Positions 51,555-60,644 of a DNA stretch of 64,000 nucleotides are shown piece by piece (position 1 is the stretch's first letter; each line of letters begins with the position of its first letter). The translations under genes and the position numbers were made by a program. The DNA is taken from the NCBI GenBank assembly GCA_963782915.1, contig CAWALK010000022.1, positions 96,001-160,000 of the forward strand, given 5' to 3'. Source of the DNA: an uncultured archaeon (lineage in GTDB: Archaea > Thermoproteota > Bathyarchaeia > Bathyarchaeales > Bathycorpusculaceae). Under the pieces are notes generated by a model. It made no database searches. It was not told where the DNA came from and saw nothing but the letters and a program-made list of their open reading frames with translations.

Positions 51555-52265
51555 ACACTCCCAGTTTAGAATCAAGCAAGACTTAGCTGGCAATAATAGG
51601 CTCAATATTACTAATAATCGGCGGTTTAGTTCCGGTAGTAGGGCATCGTAGGAATAATTCTGTTATCATTCTGTTTAGATGGCAATCAAAGGATTCTCTA
51701 CATACTACCAAGACACCTCCGCATGCCGTATGGGACGCAATGTTTACGGCATCGCAATAATCGCTACATAATTCGCTGGCTATTGCAGGCTCAGTAGCAA
51801 CCAATGTCGTTAGCAACGTGGCAACTGGTTAGCCATCGAGCCATAATCGGCTTCGGAGTTGTCATTTTCATCGCAGCTCTTAGTCGTCGCGTTTCATATT
51901 CTATTTACTCATGCCTATCGACTACGCAAAATTCCTCAGACCTTTCAGCAGACAGATCTGGCGAACAAAGCTTCCAGAACCGCAGGAACTTTGCTTTGTG
52001 GGGCGCAATACTGACAATAGTTTTCGTAGGCTTAATATTGATATTCATCGCTTGGATAATCGCGACAATCGGCGTTCTTCTCAATGAGAACCACCAGGGC
52101 AACAGCTATCAGCATACAACCTTATGGCTAGCACTCCACCAACACCAACCGCAGGTGTCCCACCAGATAAGCGGCGAACAAGGTACTGCCCCAACTGCGG
52201 CTCAACCCGTAGACGCCACCGCCACCTTCTGCCCACACTGCGGAAAACAGCTACCGCCAGCCTAA
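51555..52265 (+). pseudogene. DUF996-like membrane protein with C-terminal Zn ribbon, heavily frameshifted
   Basis: Fragments GSILLIIGGLVPVVG, SGEQSF...LWGAILTIVFVGLILIFIAWI, YCPNCG/FCPHCGK in shifting frames; may be sequencing error. Confidence 0.55.
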
Positions 52266-52354
52266 ACCTTCCTTTTTTTTTTTGTTGCTGTCTCTTGGCA
52301 ATCACACAGCTTTATGAATGTAGCAAACGGGCTTTATTTTGAAGTGTAAACCTT

Positions 52355-52543
52355 ATGCAAAAAACACCAGTTTCTTCAACCCATTCAGCTTTACCTAAAG
52401 CACCCCCTGTTCCAGAAGAGCCACTTGAAAATATGCCCAAAAGTGAGCTTGTCTGTGAAATATGCGGAAAAACTTTCAAATCCCATACCCAACTCGACAG
52501 GCATAAAACAACAGAACATGAAGTGCCTGAACAAAGAGATTAA
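52355..52543 (+). CDS. Small C2H2-type zinc-finger protein
   Basis: CEICGKTFKSHTQLDRHKTTEH. Confidence 0.8.
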   Translation: MQKTPVSSTHSALPKAPPVPEEPLENMPKSELVCEICGKTFKSHTQLDRHKTTEHEVPEQRD

Positions 52544-52555
52544 GGTTAGTTGAAG

Positions 52556-52630
52556 TGCTCCGGCCGGGATTTGGACCCGGGTCGCCGACTCGAAAGGCCG
52601 GCATACTTGACCGGACTATACTACCGGAGC
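52556..52630 (-). tRNA. tRNA-Glu(UUC)
   Basis: GCTCCGG/CCGGAGC acceptor stem, CCGGC-CTTTCGA-GTCGG anticodon arm, T arm CCGGG-TCCAAAT-CCCGG. Confidence 0.92.
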
Positions 52631-52700
52631 ACAATTGCTAGAAGCATCAAGCAAAATACAAACTCCTTCGAATAAACCTTACCCTTCCAGAAGCGCAGTT

Positions 52701-53222
52701 TTAGCTGTCAAGCTTCTTCTGTTTGCCCTTTTTGGGTGTAAAGAGAAAGCCAGTTATCTGCTCGACGAGTTTGGATTGGTTCTTATTGGATTCTTCGAGT
52801 GTTGCAACGCGTTTTTCTATGTCGTTTGAGATTATTTTGCCTTCGATGCGGTTGGCGCTGCGGAACATGAGCATCATCTTGAAAACTTCGTCGATTGCTT
52901 TTTCCTGTTCATCGGCGGAGGCTGGTTTGATGCCGGAGACGACTGAGAGCAAGTCAACGTAGTGTTCTTTGATTTTTAGTTCCGCATTCACTGAAGGATC
53001 AGTTGGAAATGCGATGCTAAGCGGCGTTTTTTTGGCTAATTCAGCGGCTGTTGGGAAGCGGATGACTATGTCGCCACGTATCCATGAAGATACGAATTCG
53101 TTGACGAATTTGTGCACGTCTTCTTTGGAGTAGATTAGTGAGGGTTCGTCTTGTGTTTCAGGCTTACGTTTGATTCTTACGCTGATAATTTTTTTGTCAT
53201 CTGCATTAGCTGAATTCGACAT
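52701..53222 (-). CDS. Hypothetical protein with C-terminal coiled coil
   Basis: 173-aa ORF, upstream GGAAGGGA, DIEKRVATLEE heptads. Confidence 0.7.
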   Translation of the reverse strand: MSNSANADDKKIISVRIKRKPETQDEPSLIYSKEDVHKFVNEFVSSWIRGDIVIRFPTAAELAKKTPLSIAFPTDPSVNAELKIKEHYVDLLSVVSGIKPASADEQEKAIDEVFKMMLMFRSANRIEGKIISNDIEKRVATLEESNKNQSKLVEQITGFLFTPKKGKQKKLDS

Positions 53223-53304
53223 TTTGTTCCCTTCCCACGCACTCTTCTGTTCTATTTATTCTCCTTAGCAATGACTAGTATATAAGAAACTGCATGCTGT
53301 GAGA

Positions 53305-54594
53305 CTAAAAAGAGATTTTTGCGGATGATGGAATCTGGCCGAGTACTTTTGATGTGGCTTTTTCGACTTTGGCGCGGTCTGTCTGATCGGTGTATACGCG
53401 CAGGATATTCATGAAGCCTTTGAGGGTTTCAAAGATTTTTGAGCTCTCGCTTAATCGCTGAAGTTTCTTTTCCCCCGCGGGGCTTCGGATGAAAACTGGA
53501 ATCTCCGTTGACTCCATCAACACAGCATGATGATAGGGTACTGATGGAACAGTTGGTACATCAATTATAACTGCCTCTATCCCGACGCCTGCTTCTTTGG
53601 CGATTTCACCCCGAATTTGATTGCGATAGGATTCCTGCCCAAACAAATTCGATATCATATCATCTTTTTGGTAGAAGGTGCGTTCGTAGGCGCATTTGAG
53701 CATTCGCCGATTTTCCAAGTTATTGATGATTTTATTTGAGGCTTCGCATTTTTTGAGTGCCGCCCAGACAGTGTAATCGTCGAGCGCCAAATATTCTTCG
53801 GGGGTTTTGAATGCGGTTAAGCCGAGTTCCTCGTTGGCTTTATCCATGGCCGATGCGAGCATGATTTGTGCGGCTCGTCCGACACGGTGGAAATAGATGC
53901 TCTTGAATGATTCGATGCGGGCGATTACGAAGGCTTCAAGCGCGGACAGTGCGCCCAGTTCAACTGCTAAGTTTTCGCCTAAAAGATCAAGGGCGTGTAT
54001 GAGACGGTAAACGTCGATGAAGCCGTATTCGGCGCCTGTATGGTAAGTGTCTCGGACGATGAAGTCCTGTTTATCAACGTCTACTGCGCTGCTAATGATT
54101 TGGTCGAGAAATGCGCGGTCTTTTTTATGCAGCTTCCCAACTGCTAGCCCAGCTACTTCTTGGGGGTTGTAGCCCATTTTGGATAGTTTGTCGGCGACTT
54201 CGCTTTTTTCGATAAGCCACGAAGTGATGTCCTCATGAGTTTTCCCTAAGTCTTTTATGAGTAGGTGCTCGAAGACGTGTGAGAATGGGCCATGCCCACA
54301 GTCGTGGAGCAGAGCGGCGATGCGGCACATGTCCACTTCTTCCCCGCTTACGACGCGAGAAATGTTTGGGTTCACTAGAACTTGTCCTGAGAGAAACATT
54401 ACGCCTAAGCTGTGTTCGAAGCGGGTGTGGTTGGCGCCTGGATAAACGTATTCGGAGCCAGCTAGTTGGCGCAGTCTGCGTTCTCGTTGCATGGGGTAAG
54501 TGTCGATTATGGTTTTTTCTTCTTCCGTAATGTACACGTAGCCGTGTACGGGATCTTTGATTTCTCCCCAGTAAGCTTTAGCCACAAGCGTCAC
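53305..54594 (-). CDS. HD-domain phosphohydrolase (SAMHD1/dNTPase-like)
   Basis: DPVHG, HTRFEHSLG, LLHDCGHGPFSH, DVDKQDF.RD, IYFH. Confidence 0.92.
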   Translation of the reverse strand: MTLVAKAYWGEIKDPVHGYVYITEEEKTIIDTYPMQRERRLRQLAGSEYVYPGANHTRFEHSLGVMFLSGQVLVNPNISRVVSGEEVDMCRIAALLHDCGHGPFSHVFEHLLIKDLGKTHEDITSWLIEKSEVADKLSKMGYNPQEVAGLAVGKLHKKDRAFLDQIISSAVDVDKQDFIVRDTYHTGAEYGFIDVYRLIHALDLLGENLAVELGALSALEAFVIARIESFKSIYFHRVGRAAQIMLASAMDKANEELGLTAFKTPEEYLALDDYTVWAALKKCEASNKIINNLENRRMLKCAYERTFYQKDDMISNLFGQESYRNQIRGEIAKEAGVGIEAVIIDVPTVPSVPYHHAVLMESTEIPVFIRSPAGEKKLQRLSESSKIFETLKGFMNILRVYTDQTDRAKVEKATSKVLGQIPSSAKISF

Positions 54595-54664
54595 CTCAGT
54601 TGGTAGGTTATTATTTATGTATCTCCCTATAATGTGTAACGCTAAGCATCAGGGTGAAGCAAAT

Positions 54665-55273
54665 ATGGGTAAAAAGGGCATTTTCCTGGTTATCGAGGGT
54701 TTAGATGGGAGCGGAAAAACCACTCAGGCAACGCTTTTAGCTGAGAAATTCTTTCGGGCATACAACGTTTTGCTTACTGCGGAGCCCAGCAGAGGCAAAA
54801 TCGGCTCGTTTATCCGTGAAAGCTGCCTCTATGAGCAGGAACGTTTGCCCACTGAAGCTGAAGCGCTGCTTTTTGCCGCTGACCGCATTGAGCATATGCA
54901 AACTGAACTCAAACCAGCCTTAGACGAGGGCAGACTGGTTATCTGCGACCGCTACATTTACTCGTCATTGGCTTATCAGGGCAGCGCAGGCTTAAGTTTA
55001 GACTGGATAAAAACCATCAACGCCCGAGCTTTGCAGCCAGACATATGCATCTTTATCGATGTGCCGCCTGAGAAGGTGATTGAGCGACTGCAACGCAAAA
55101 AGTCTGTAATGGAGACGCTTGAAACCCAGCAGAAAGTGCGCGAAGTCTACATGAAATACGTCGAGAAAGGCGAGTTGGTTCGGGTTGATGGCGATAAGGA
55201 GAAAGAGCAGGTTGCCGAGGACCTCTACAAAACCGTTTCTGGCTTGATTGAAGCAGCCCAAAAATTCGTCTAA
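54665..55273 (+). CDS. tmk: Thymidylate kinase
   Basis: IEGLDGSGKTT, LFAADR, CDRYIYSSLAYQG. Confidence 0.95.
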   Translation: MGKKGIFLVIEGLDGSGKTTQATLLAEKFFRAYNVLLTAEPSRGKIGSFIRESCLYEQERLPTEAEALLFAADRIEHMQTELKPALDEGRLVICDRYIYSSLAYQGSAGLSLDWIKTINARALQPDICIFIDVPPEKVIERLQRKKSVMETLETQQKVREVYMKYVEKGELVRVDGDKEKEQVAEDLYKTVSGLIEAAQKFV

Positions 55274-55297
55274 GCAGCCCAAGTTGTTCTTCTTTTT

Positions 55298-55400
55298 TTA
55301 TGGGGGCAGGGGGTCAATCACAACGCAACAAACCGTTTCTATGATACTTACGGTTTAACTTGCGGTTTGCTACGCAACCAGCCCACAACACAAGCCCAGG
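55298..55400 (+). repeat. Dispersed repeat copy (A', C)
   Basis: TTATGGGGGCAGGGGG 55298-55313 and CTTGCGGTTTGCTACGCAACCAGCCCACAAC from 55359; colinear with 76-170. Confidence 0.8.
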
Positions 55401-55489
55401 CATAAGAAAGCAGTCGTTGGTTGTTTGAACAAGTTATGACGCGCATTAAGTAATGTCCCTGAATATGGCAGGTTAGCTCAGGTTGTTTA

Positions 55490-55948
55490 ATGTTGAATAC
55501 AAAGGGATTAACAATAATCGCCGTGTTGCTCGTGGCGTCTGCGGTTGGTACTATACTTTTGGCAGGTTACGTTAACTCAACTGACCCAACTGCACATGAA
55601 CAGGCACCCGTATTGTTTATCAAAGATCTAAGCTTGATAAATAACACTGAAAGCCTCAACGGCTCCTTTGCACTAGTAAGCGCAGATGGCCGTGCTATAG
55701 AAGTAAACGAATTCCGCATTAACCGCATTACTCTAGACAAAGTTTCAGGCTTAACTGTATACGTTAATGGGACATCGATTAACTATTTGGCACCCTCACT
55801 CTTAGAGCTCAAACCAGGCGATACTATGGATGTAAACCTGATAATCCCCAATGAGAACAACTCTGACCTTTTGAGCGCACTAAAGTCTAATCATTTTGAA
55901 ATACAGGTATGCACACCGCAGGCTCTATTCTGGGGAGAACTCAAATAG
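55490..55948 (+). CDS. Hypothetical exported/membrane-anchored protein
   Basis: N-terminal KG followed by a hydrophobic helix (possible class III signal peptide), beta-rich body, NxT/S sequons. Confidence 0.65.
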   Translation: MLNTKGLTIIAVLLVASAVGTILLAGYVNSTDPTAHEQAPVLFIKDLSLINNTESLNGSFALVSADGRAIEVNEFRINRITLDKVSGLTVYVNGTSINYLAPSLLELKPGDTMDVNLIIPNENNSDLLSALKSNHFEIQVCTPQALFWGELK

Positions 55949-56347
55949 GAGTTACTTGTTTTAGCGGTTTTTTCCTGCAAAAAATTAATACATCTTTACT
56001 CGAAAAGCATTTTCAGAACAACCATAAACATCAAAACAGGCCTTCACAGCAGAAGCAACTTGTAGAAATCGCCTCAATACCCTGCAACCCAAACCAGACG
56101 CTGACACAAAAATGCAGCTGCAGCAAGACTCACAGGAAGAAGATGAGTGAGGGAGGTCATGCCATTATCTACTACTAGAAAAACCAAACCCACACTTTTC
56201 CAACACCGACCAAACCAACTAATCATTTTCCGGCTGAAAACAACTGCATAACAAAACCACCATAGAACCCAACAAACCCCTAGCCGAACGAACAAGAAAT
56301 ATTGACACCCATACAATCCACCAAGCACCCAACTAGGCAATTGTGGA

Positions 56348-56479
56348 GCCTATAAATAAGGGAGGGGGTAGGTTGTGTAGAGCAAAAGACCTCTGTTTTC
56401 ATTTGATTAAGCTAATTAAACAAGACCATTAGGTGGTTGTGTATAGGAACTTTTTGGCGACAACAACTAGAGTAAAAAC
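56348..56479 (+). repeat. Dispersed repeat copy (A, degenerate B)
   Basis: GCCTATAAATAAGGGAGGGGGTA 56348-56370; GGTGGTTGTGTATAGGAACTTTTTGGCGACAACAACTAGAGTAAAAAC 56432-56479. Confidence 0.82.
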
Positions 56480-56542
56480 TTAACAGTATACAGAAGCATC
56501 AACAAAAAATAATAAAAAACGAAAAATAAGAAAAGGGTTGGT

Positions 56543-56935
56543 TTATTTTAGAGGCACATACATCGAAGATCGTGAAGCACCGATACCTGGAGTACCATGT
56601 CTAACTGGTTTGTTAGTTATGGCGAACTCGCCGAGGTAGTGGCCGATCATTTCTGCCTTTATATCTAGGGCTACGAATTCTTTGCCGTTGTGTACGCTGA
56701 TTTTTGCGCCTACCATTTCTGGGAGGATGATTAAGTCGCGTACGTGGGTTTTGATTCCGAGGTTGCCTGCTTCTTTGGCTGTGCGTAGTTTTTCGAGCAG
56801 TATGCGTTGTTCGGCTGTGAGTCCGCGTTGTAGACTTCGGCGTTGTCGTGATGGAAGCATATTGATGAATTCGTCCATAGACATAGCTGAAAGACTTTCA
56901 AGGCTGTGTCCACGGTAACTAAATTCTTTGGGCAT
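56543..56935 (-). CDS. rps19: 30S ribosomal protein uS19
   Basis: [29 protein letters not shown]. Confidence 0.97.
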   Translation of the reverse strand: MPKEFSYRGHSLESLSAMSMDEFINMLPSRQRRSLQRGLTAEQRILLEKLRTAKEAGNLGIKTHVRDLIILPEMVGAKISVHNGKEFVALDIKAEMIGHYLGEFAITNKPVRHGTPGIGASRSSMYVPLK

Positions 56936-56963
56936 TTTTCATTCTCCTAATTTATGTTATATT

Positions 56964-57707
56964 TTAACCTCTAATTGCTCGTTTCTTCTTTTGACCTGGA
57001 CCCCTTGCAGCGATTAAGCCGACTTTCTGTCCTGGAGGAGCACCGTGACTTGTTGTTGTGCATCTGCGAGAGCTACGTTTGCTGGATCCGAATGGGTGAC
57101 AAGCTGGAACCATTTTGCGACCGCTAACTCTTGGGTACTTGTGGCCTTTGGCTTTCATCCAGTGGAACATGGAGCCTGCTTTAAGGAACGGTTTATCGAT
57201 GCGTCCTGAAGCGGAGATTACACCGACGGTTGCTAAGCAGTAATCGTCAACATAGCGGGTTCTTCCGGAAGGCAATCTGATCATGGTGCCTTGTGGAGTG
57301 TGACCTACTACGGTTGCGTATGCGCCGGATGAACGGGCCATTTTGCCTCCGTCGCCTGGGCGGAGTTCAAGGTCACAGACTAAGGTTCCTTCAGGCATCT
57401 TACCGAGTGGTATGATGTTGCCGATTTCAGCTGGAGCTTTACCACCATAGGTGATTTCTTGTCCAGTGAAAACGCCTTCAGGAGTAATGCTGTAAACGGA
57501 TAGGCCGTTGTCGAATTCGATGAGTGAGAGTGGTGAACCGCGTCCTGGATCATGCACTAAATCAATTATAGTGCCCATGAGTTCTGCTTCAAAGGATTCT
57601 TTTGGTGTAATAGGTGGATATTTTGCTGGAGCTACACGTTTGTGAGTTGAGGCACGCCAGTTTTGACCGCCGCGACCTCTTCTTTGTACACGAATACGTT
57701 TTCCCAT
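56964..57707 (-). CDS. rpl2: 50S ribosomal protein uL2
   Basis: MGKRIRVQRRGRG, HDPGR, RLPSG, HPFG. Confidence 0.97.
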   Translation of the reverse strand: MGKRIRVQRRGRGGQNWRASTHKRVAPAKYPPITPKESFEAELMGTIIDLVHDPGRGSPLSLIEFDNGLSVYSITPEGVFTGQEITYGGKAPAEIGNIIPLGKMPEGTLVCDLELRPGDGGKMARSSGAYATVVGHTPQGTMIRLPSGRTRYVDDYCLATVGVISASGRIDKPFLKAGSMFHWMKAKGHKYPRVSGRKMVPACHPFGSSKRSSRRCTTTSHGAPPGQKVGLIAARGPGQKKKRAIRG

Positions 57708-57727
57708 AAGTCAAGCCTTCTTTAATT

Positions 57728-57988
57728 TTAGAGGATTCCTAGTTTAATTGCTACATCGGAAGCGCGGTATTCTGGTTTTAGTTTCACGAATGCCTTCTTT
57801 ACGCCTTGTGGAGTAACCAGTACGTTTACTCTGGCAACTTTAACTTCGTACATTGTTTCTACTGCGCGTTTAATGTCTGCTTTGCCGGCTTTGAGGTTAA
57901 CGATGAAGATTAGTTTGTTGTCTTTTTCAACCATGACACTGGCGGATTCTGTCATCAGTGGGTAGGTGATAATTACGTCTGGTTTCAT
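57728..57988 (-). CDS. rpl23: 50S ribosomal protein uL23
   Basis: PLMTES, NKLIFIV, KKAFVKL. Confidence 0.96.
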   Translation of the reverse strand: MKPDVIITYPLMTESASVMVEKDNKLIFIVNLKAGKADIKRAVETMYEVKVARVNVLVTPQGVKKAFVKLKPEYRASDVAIKLGIL

Positions 57989-58770
57989 TGTGGACTTTCT
58001 CCGTACATTGTGGATAGTTTTTCGATTGCACCGTTGGTCCAGACTGTTAATCGGCCTGGGTGTGTTCCGGGTGCTAGCATTTCGGTGTTTAAGTTGGTTA
58101 CTGTGGTTATTTCGACGCCGGGTAGGTTGCTGGCTGCGTTTACGAGGGTTTTTCCGTCTACGACGACGATGAGTGGTCCGACGGCTTGCTTCATTTTTCT
58201 GCCTCTGTGTTTGCCTTTGCCTGCGCGTACGTTGCGGCTGTCGCGTACTCTTGTGAATTCTGCGTCGAAGCCCAACTTTGAGAATGCTTCTTCGACTTCT
58301 TTTGCTTTGGTTAAGCTTTCGAATGCGTTGTCAACTACTAAGGGTAAGCCTAAGACGTCGGCGATTCTGTGTCCGCGTCCTGCAACAAAAGTTTTTTCGG
58401 CTGTTGCTGCGATAGCGGAAGTTAATGCCAATTTGGCTTCTTTTTTAGGTATGTTTTTGACTATGATTTTTTCGGCGCGTGGTGGATGTGGTTGTCTGCC
58501 TTTGACGGTGCTTGGAGCGAATGCTGCTCTGCCGGCGCCTTTCATGCGGGGAACTCTTGCTTGGGCGCTGCCAGTTCCGCGTGATTCTGCGGTGGTTTTC
58601 TTTCCAGCCATTGGGTCTCGGCCTTGTGGCTGGATACTGTTGGATTGTATTGCTAAGACTGCACGTTTGATTACGTCGGGTCTTATGGGTGTATCAAAGA
58701 CAGCCGGAAGATTGATTTTTCCGGTTGCTTTGCCCTGTAAGTCAAAGATTTCTGCTGTTTTCTGTGCCAT
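57985..58770 (-). CDS. rpl4: 50S ribosomal protein uL4
   Basis: IRPDVIKRA, ARVPR, RAGKGK, LAPGTHPGRL. Confidence 0.97.
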   Translation of the reverse strand: MAQKTAEIFDLQGKATGKINLPAVFDTPIRPDVIKRAVLAIQSNSIQPQGRDPMAGKKTTAESRGTGSAQARVPRMKGAGRAAFAPSTVKGRQPHPPRAEKIIVKNIPKKEAKLALTSAIAATAEKTFVAGRGHRIADVLGLPLVVDNAFESLTKAKEVEEAFSKLGFDAEFTRVRDSRNVRAGKGKHRGRKMKQAVGPLIVVVDGKTLVNAASNLPGVEITTVTNLNTEMLAPGTHPGRLTVWTNGAIEKLSTMYGESPQ

Positions 58771-58781
58771 TTTTATTCAAC

Positions 58782-59795
58782 CTATTTTCCCTGAGGGGAC
58801 TCCAGTGAGATATATGTTACTTGTGGTGGTGCTTCCGGCGTTTCTGTTGGTGGACGTGCTGGAACTCGCAGGTGTATCTGGCGTTTTTCTGTGCCGGGTA
58901 TGCTGCCTGAGATGAGCATGTATGGTCCGTTGACTTCGCCGTATCGGACGTATCCGCCTTTTACGGTGACTTCTTTGCCGTCTTTTCCGATTTTCATGAT
59001 GCGTTTGTTAAATTCGATTCTTTGGTGGTAACCTGTTTGGCCTGCTCTTGGGATGCTGTACATGAGGTGGTGGGGGTTCCATGGACCGAGGGTGGCGATG
59101 CCGCGTTTGGTTTTTCTGCCTTTGTGTTGCAGTTTGGTTACGTGCCAACGTTTAACTGGGCCTTGGAAGCCTTTGCCGACTGTGATGCCGGCGATGTCGA
59201 TGAATTGTCCGTCTTTGAAGACTTCTTCGGGTGTTACTGTTTTGCCGAGGAGTTGTTTGGCGTATTCGAATTGTTGTGGGATGGTTCCGCCGCCGATTTG
59301 GATTTCGCAGGTTTCGGGTTTTTTCTTTGAGAGGCTGGTTAATGTTGGTTGGGTGGCGATGATAACGCTGACGATTGCTGCTTGTTCTAGGCTTGCTTGA
59401 ACTTTTTCTAGCATAGCCTCCGTGTTGAAGGTCTCCGGCAAAACCAGTAAACGGTCAAGGCTGGCTGGTGGTTCTTTCATCCAGGCTTCCGTTAGGTTTT
59501 GTAGACCGTACGGTGTTTTAGTGTATGTTCTTATGCCACATATTATGATAGGTGGCGTTTCGAGGATAGTTGCGGCTCGCATGACTTCTTTACCGAAGTT
59601 TGGTGAACGTTTCCGGTCTTCGATTGTAAAGATGTAGGTCATGCCTGCTTTGTAGGAAGTGAATCCTAAAAGTTTAGGTGAATCTGACTCTATCTTTGGC
59701 CAATATCGAATTCGTGCAGTTGGAGATTTAGCACGATGCCTAGGTAAATAAGCTAGTGAACCATGTTTTGGAGCATGAGTTTTACGATGTCCCAT
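58782..59795 (-). CDS. rpl3: 50S ribosomal protein uL3
   Basis: YKAGMT, GKGFQGPVKRW, RAGQTGYHQR. Confidence 0.97.
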   Translation of the reverse strand: MGHRKTHAPKHGSLAYLPRHRAKSPTARIRYWPKIESDSPKLLGFTSYKAGMTYIFTIEDRKRSPNFGKEVMRAATILETPPIIICGIRTYTKTPYGLQNLTEAWMKEPPASLDRLLVLPETFNTEAMLEKVQASLEQAAIVSVIIATQPTLTSLSKKKPETCEIQIGGGTIPQQFEYAKQLLGKTVTPEEVFKDGQFIDIAGITVGKGFQGPVKRWHVTKLQHKGRKTKRGIATLGPWNPHHLMYSIPRAGQTGYHQRIEFNKRIMKIGKDGKEVTVKGGYVRYGEVNGPYMLISGSIPGTEKRQIHLRVPARPPTETPEAPPQVTYISLESPQGK

Positions 59796-60042
59796 AGTAC
59801 TTCCGCTTCGCGCCTTTAGCAAATAGTGAAAGGGGTTATAAATGTTGCCATTTAAAACGCAAAAGTAACGTATAGCTGCATAGAAAACAAATTAGCAGCT
59901 ATCACATGCACCTATATATGTAAAGCGTTTGTAGTGGTAAGCTATCGTTTGCAACACTATACCATAGCAGAGGTTGCTTATGATTATTTCGATACCAAAA
60001 CAAATGTAGCCTACGACAAGCAAAAAAACGAACAAAGATGTA

Positions 60043-60247
60043 TTTTTTTTCTCTATCCCCCTTATTTATAGGCTCAACAAGTGCTCAAATAGGAAAGAGA
60101 AGCACCAGCATTCATTGAAGACCACTGTCTGGTTGTAGGCGTTTGCTAGCTATGCAACGGGTTTTTCTAGGCAGTTGTGCCGAGCATCTATCAAACATTA
60201 AGCCGCCTCGATTTGTTGCTCTCAGGGACCTCCCCTCCCCTTATATG
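60043..60247 (-). repeat. Two motif-A copies of the dispersed repeat
   Basis: TTTTTTTTCTCTATCCCCCTTATTTATAGGCTCAA 60043-60077 (identical to 2396-2430) and CCCCTCCCCTTATATG 60232-60247. Confidence 0.82.
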
Positions 60248-60356
60248 AAGAAAGAAGCGCGGTGGTTCTGTATACGGAAGCATCTCCCAAACACACAATT
60301 TTTTTTCTTTAACCTTTAATTAGCCCGCCTAACTCCAAATTTCTCAGTGAACGTTT

Positions 60357-60644
60357 ATGCATATAGCTGAATTCCAAGAAATGATGAAGCGCCTCTACGG
60401 CGACCGTGACAAGGCACGCGGAGTGGACGGCACTTACAATTGGCTTCTCGAAGAAGTCGCCGAGTTGGGTCAAGAGCTCAAGGGCAGTGACCGTGTTGCC
60501 ACGGAGAAAGAATTTGCCGACGTCATCGCGTGGCTAGCATCGCTTGCCAACATTATGGGCATTGACTTGGAAAAAGCTGCACTTGCAAAATATCCTGACA
60601 AATGCCCTAAATGCCAAGCCGCGCCCTGCCAATGCATACTCTAG
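60357..60644 (+). CDS. MazG-like nucleotide pyrophosphohydrolase
   Basis: EEVAEL, EFADVIAWLASLAN, C-terminal CPKC...CQC. Confidence 0.9.
   Translation: MHIAEFQEMMKRLYGDRDKARGVDGTYNWLLEEVAELGQELKGSDRVATEKEFADVIAWLASLANIMGIDLEKAALAKYPDKCPKCQAAPCQCIL

Noticed and set aside
58010-58915. 301-aa ORF antisense to rpl4, and many other shadow ORFs
   Set aside because: Mirror frames of highly biased real genes, with no motifs.
31-60247. Dispersed repeats as CRISPR arrays
   Set aside because: Not tandem, no regular unique spacers, no cas genes in the window.
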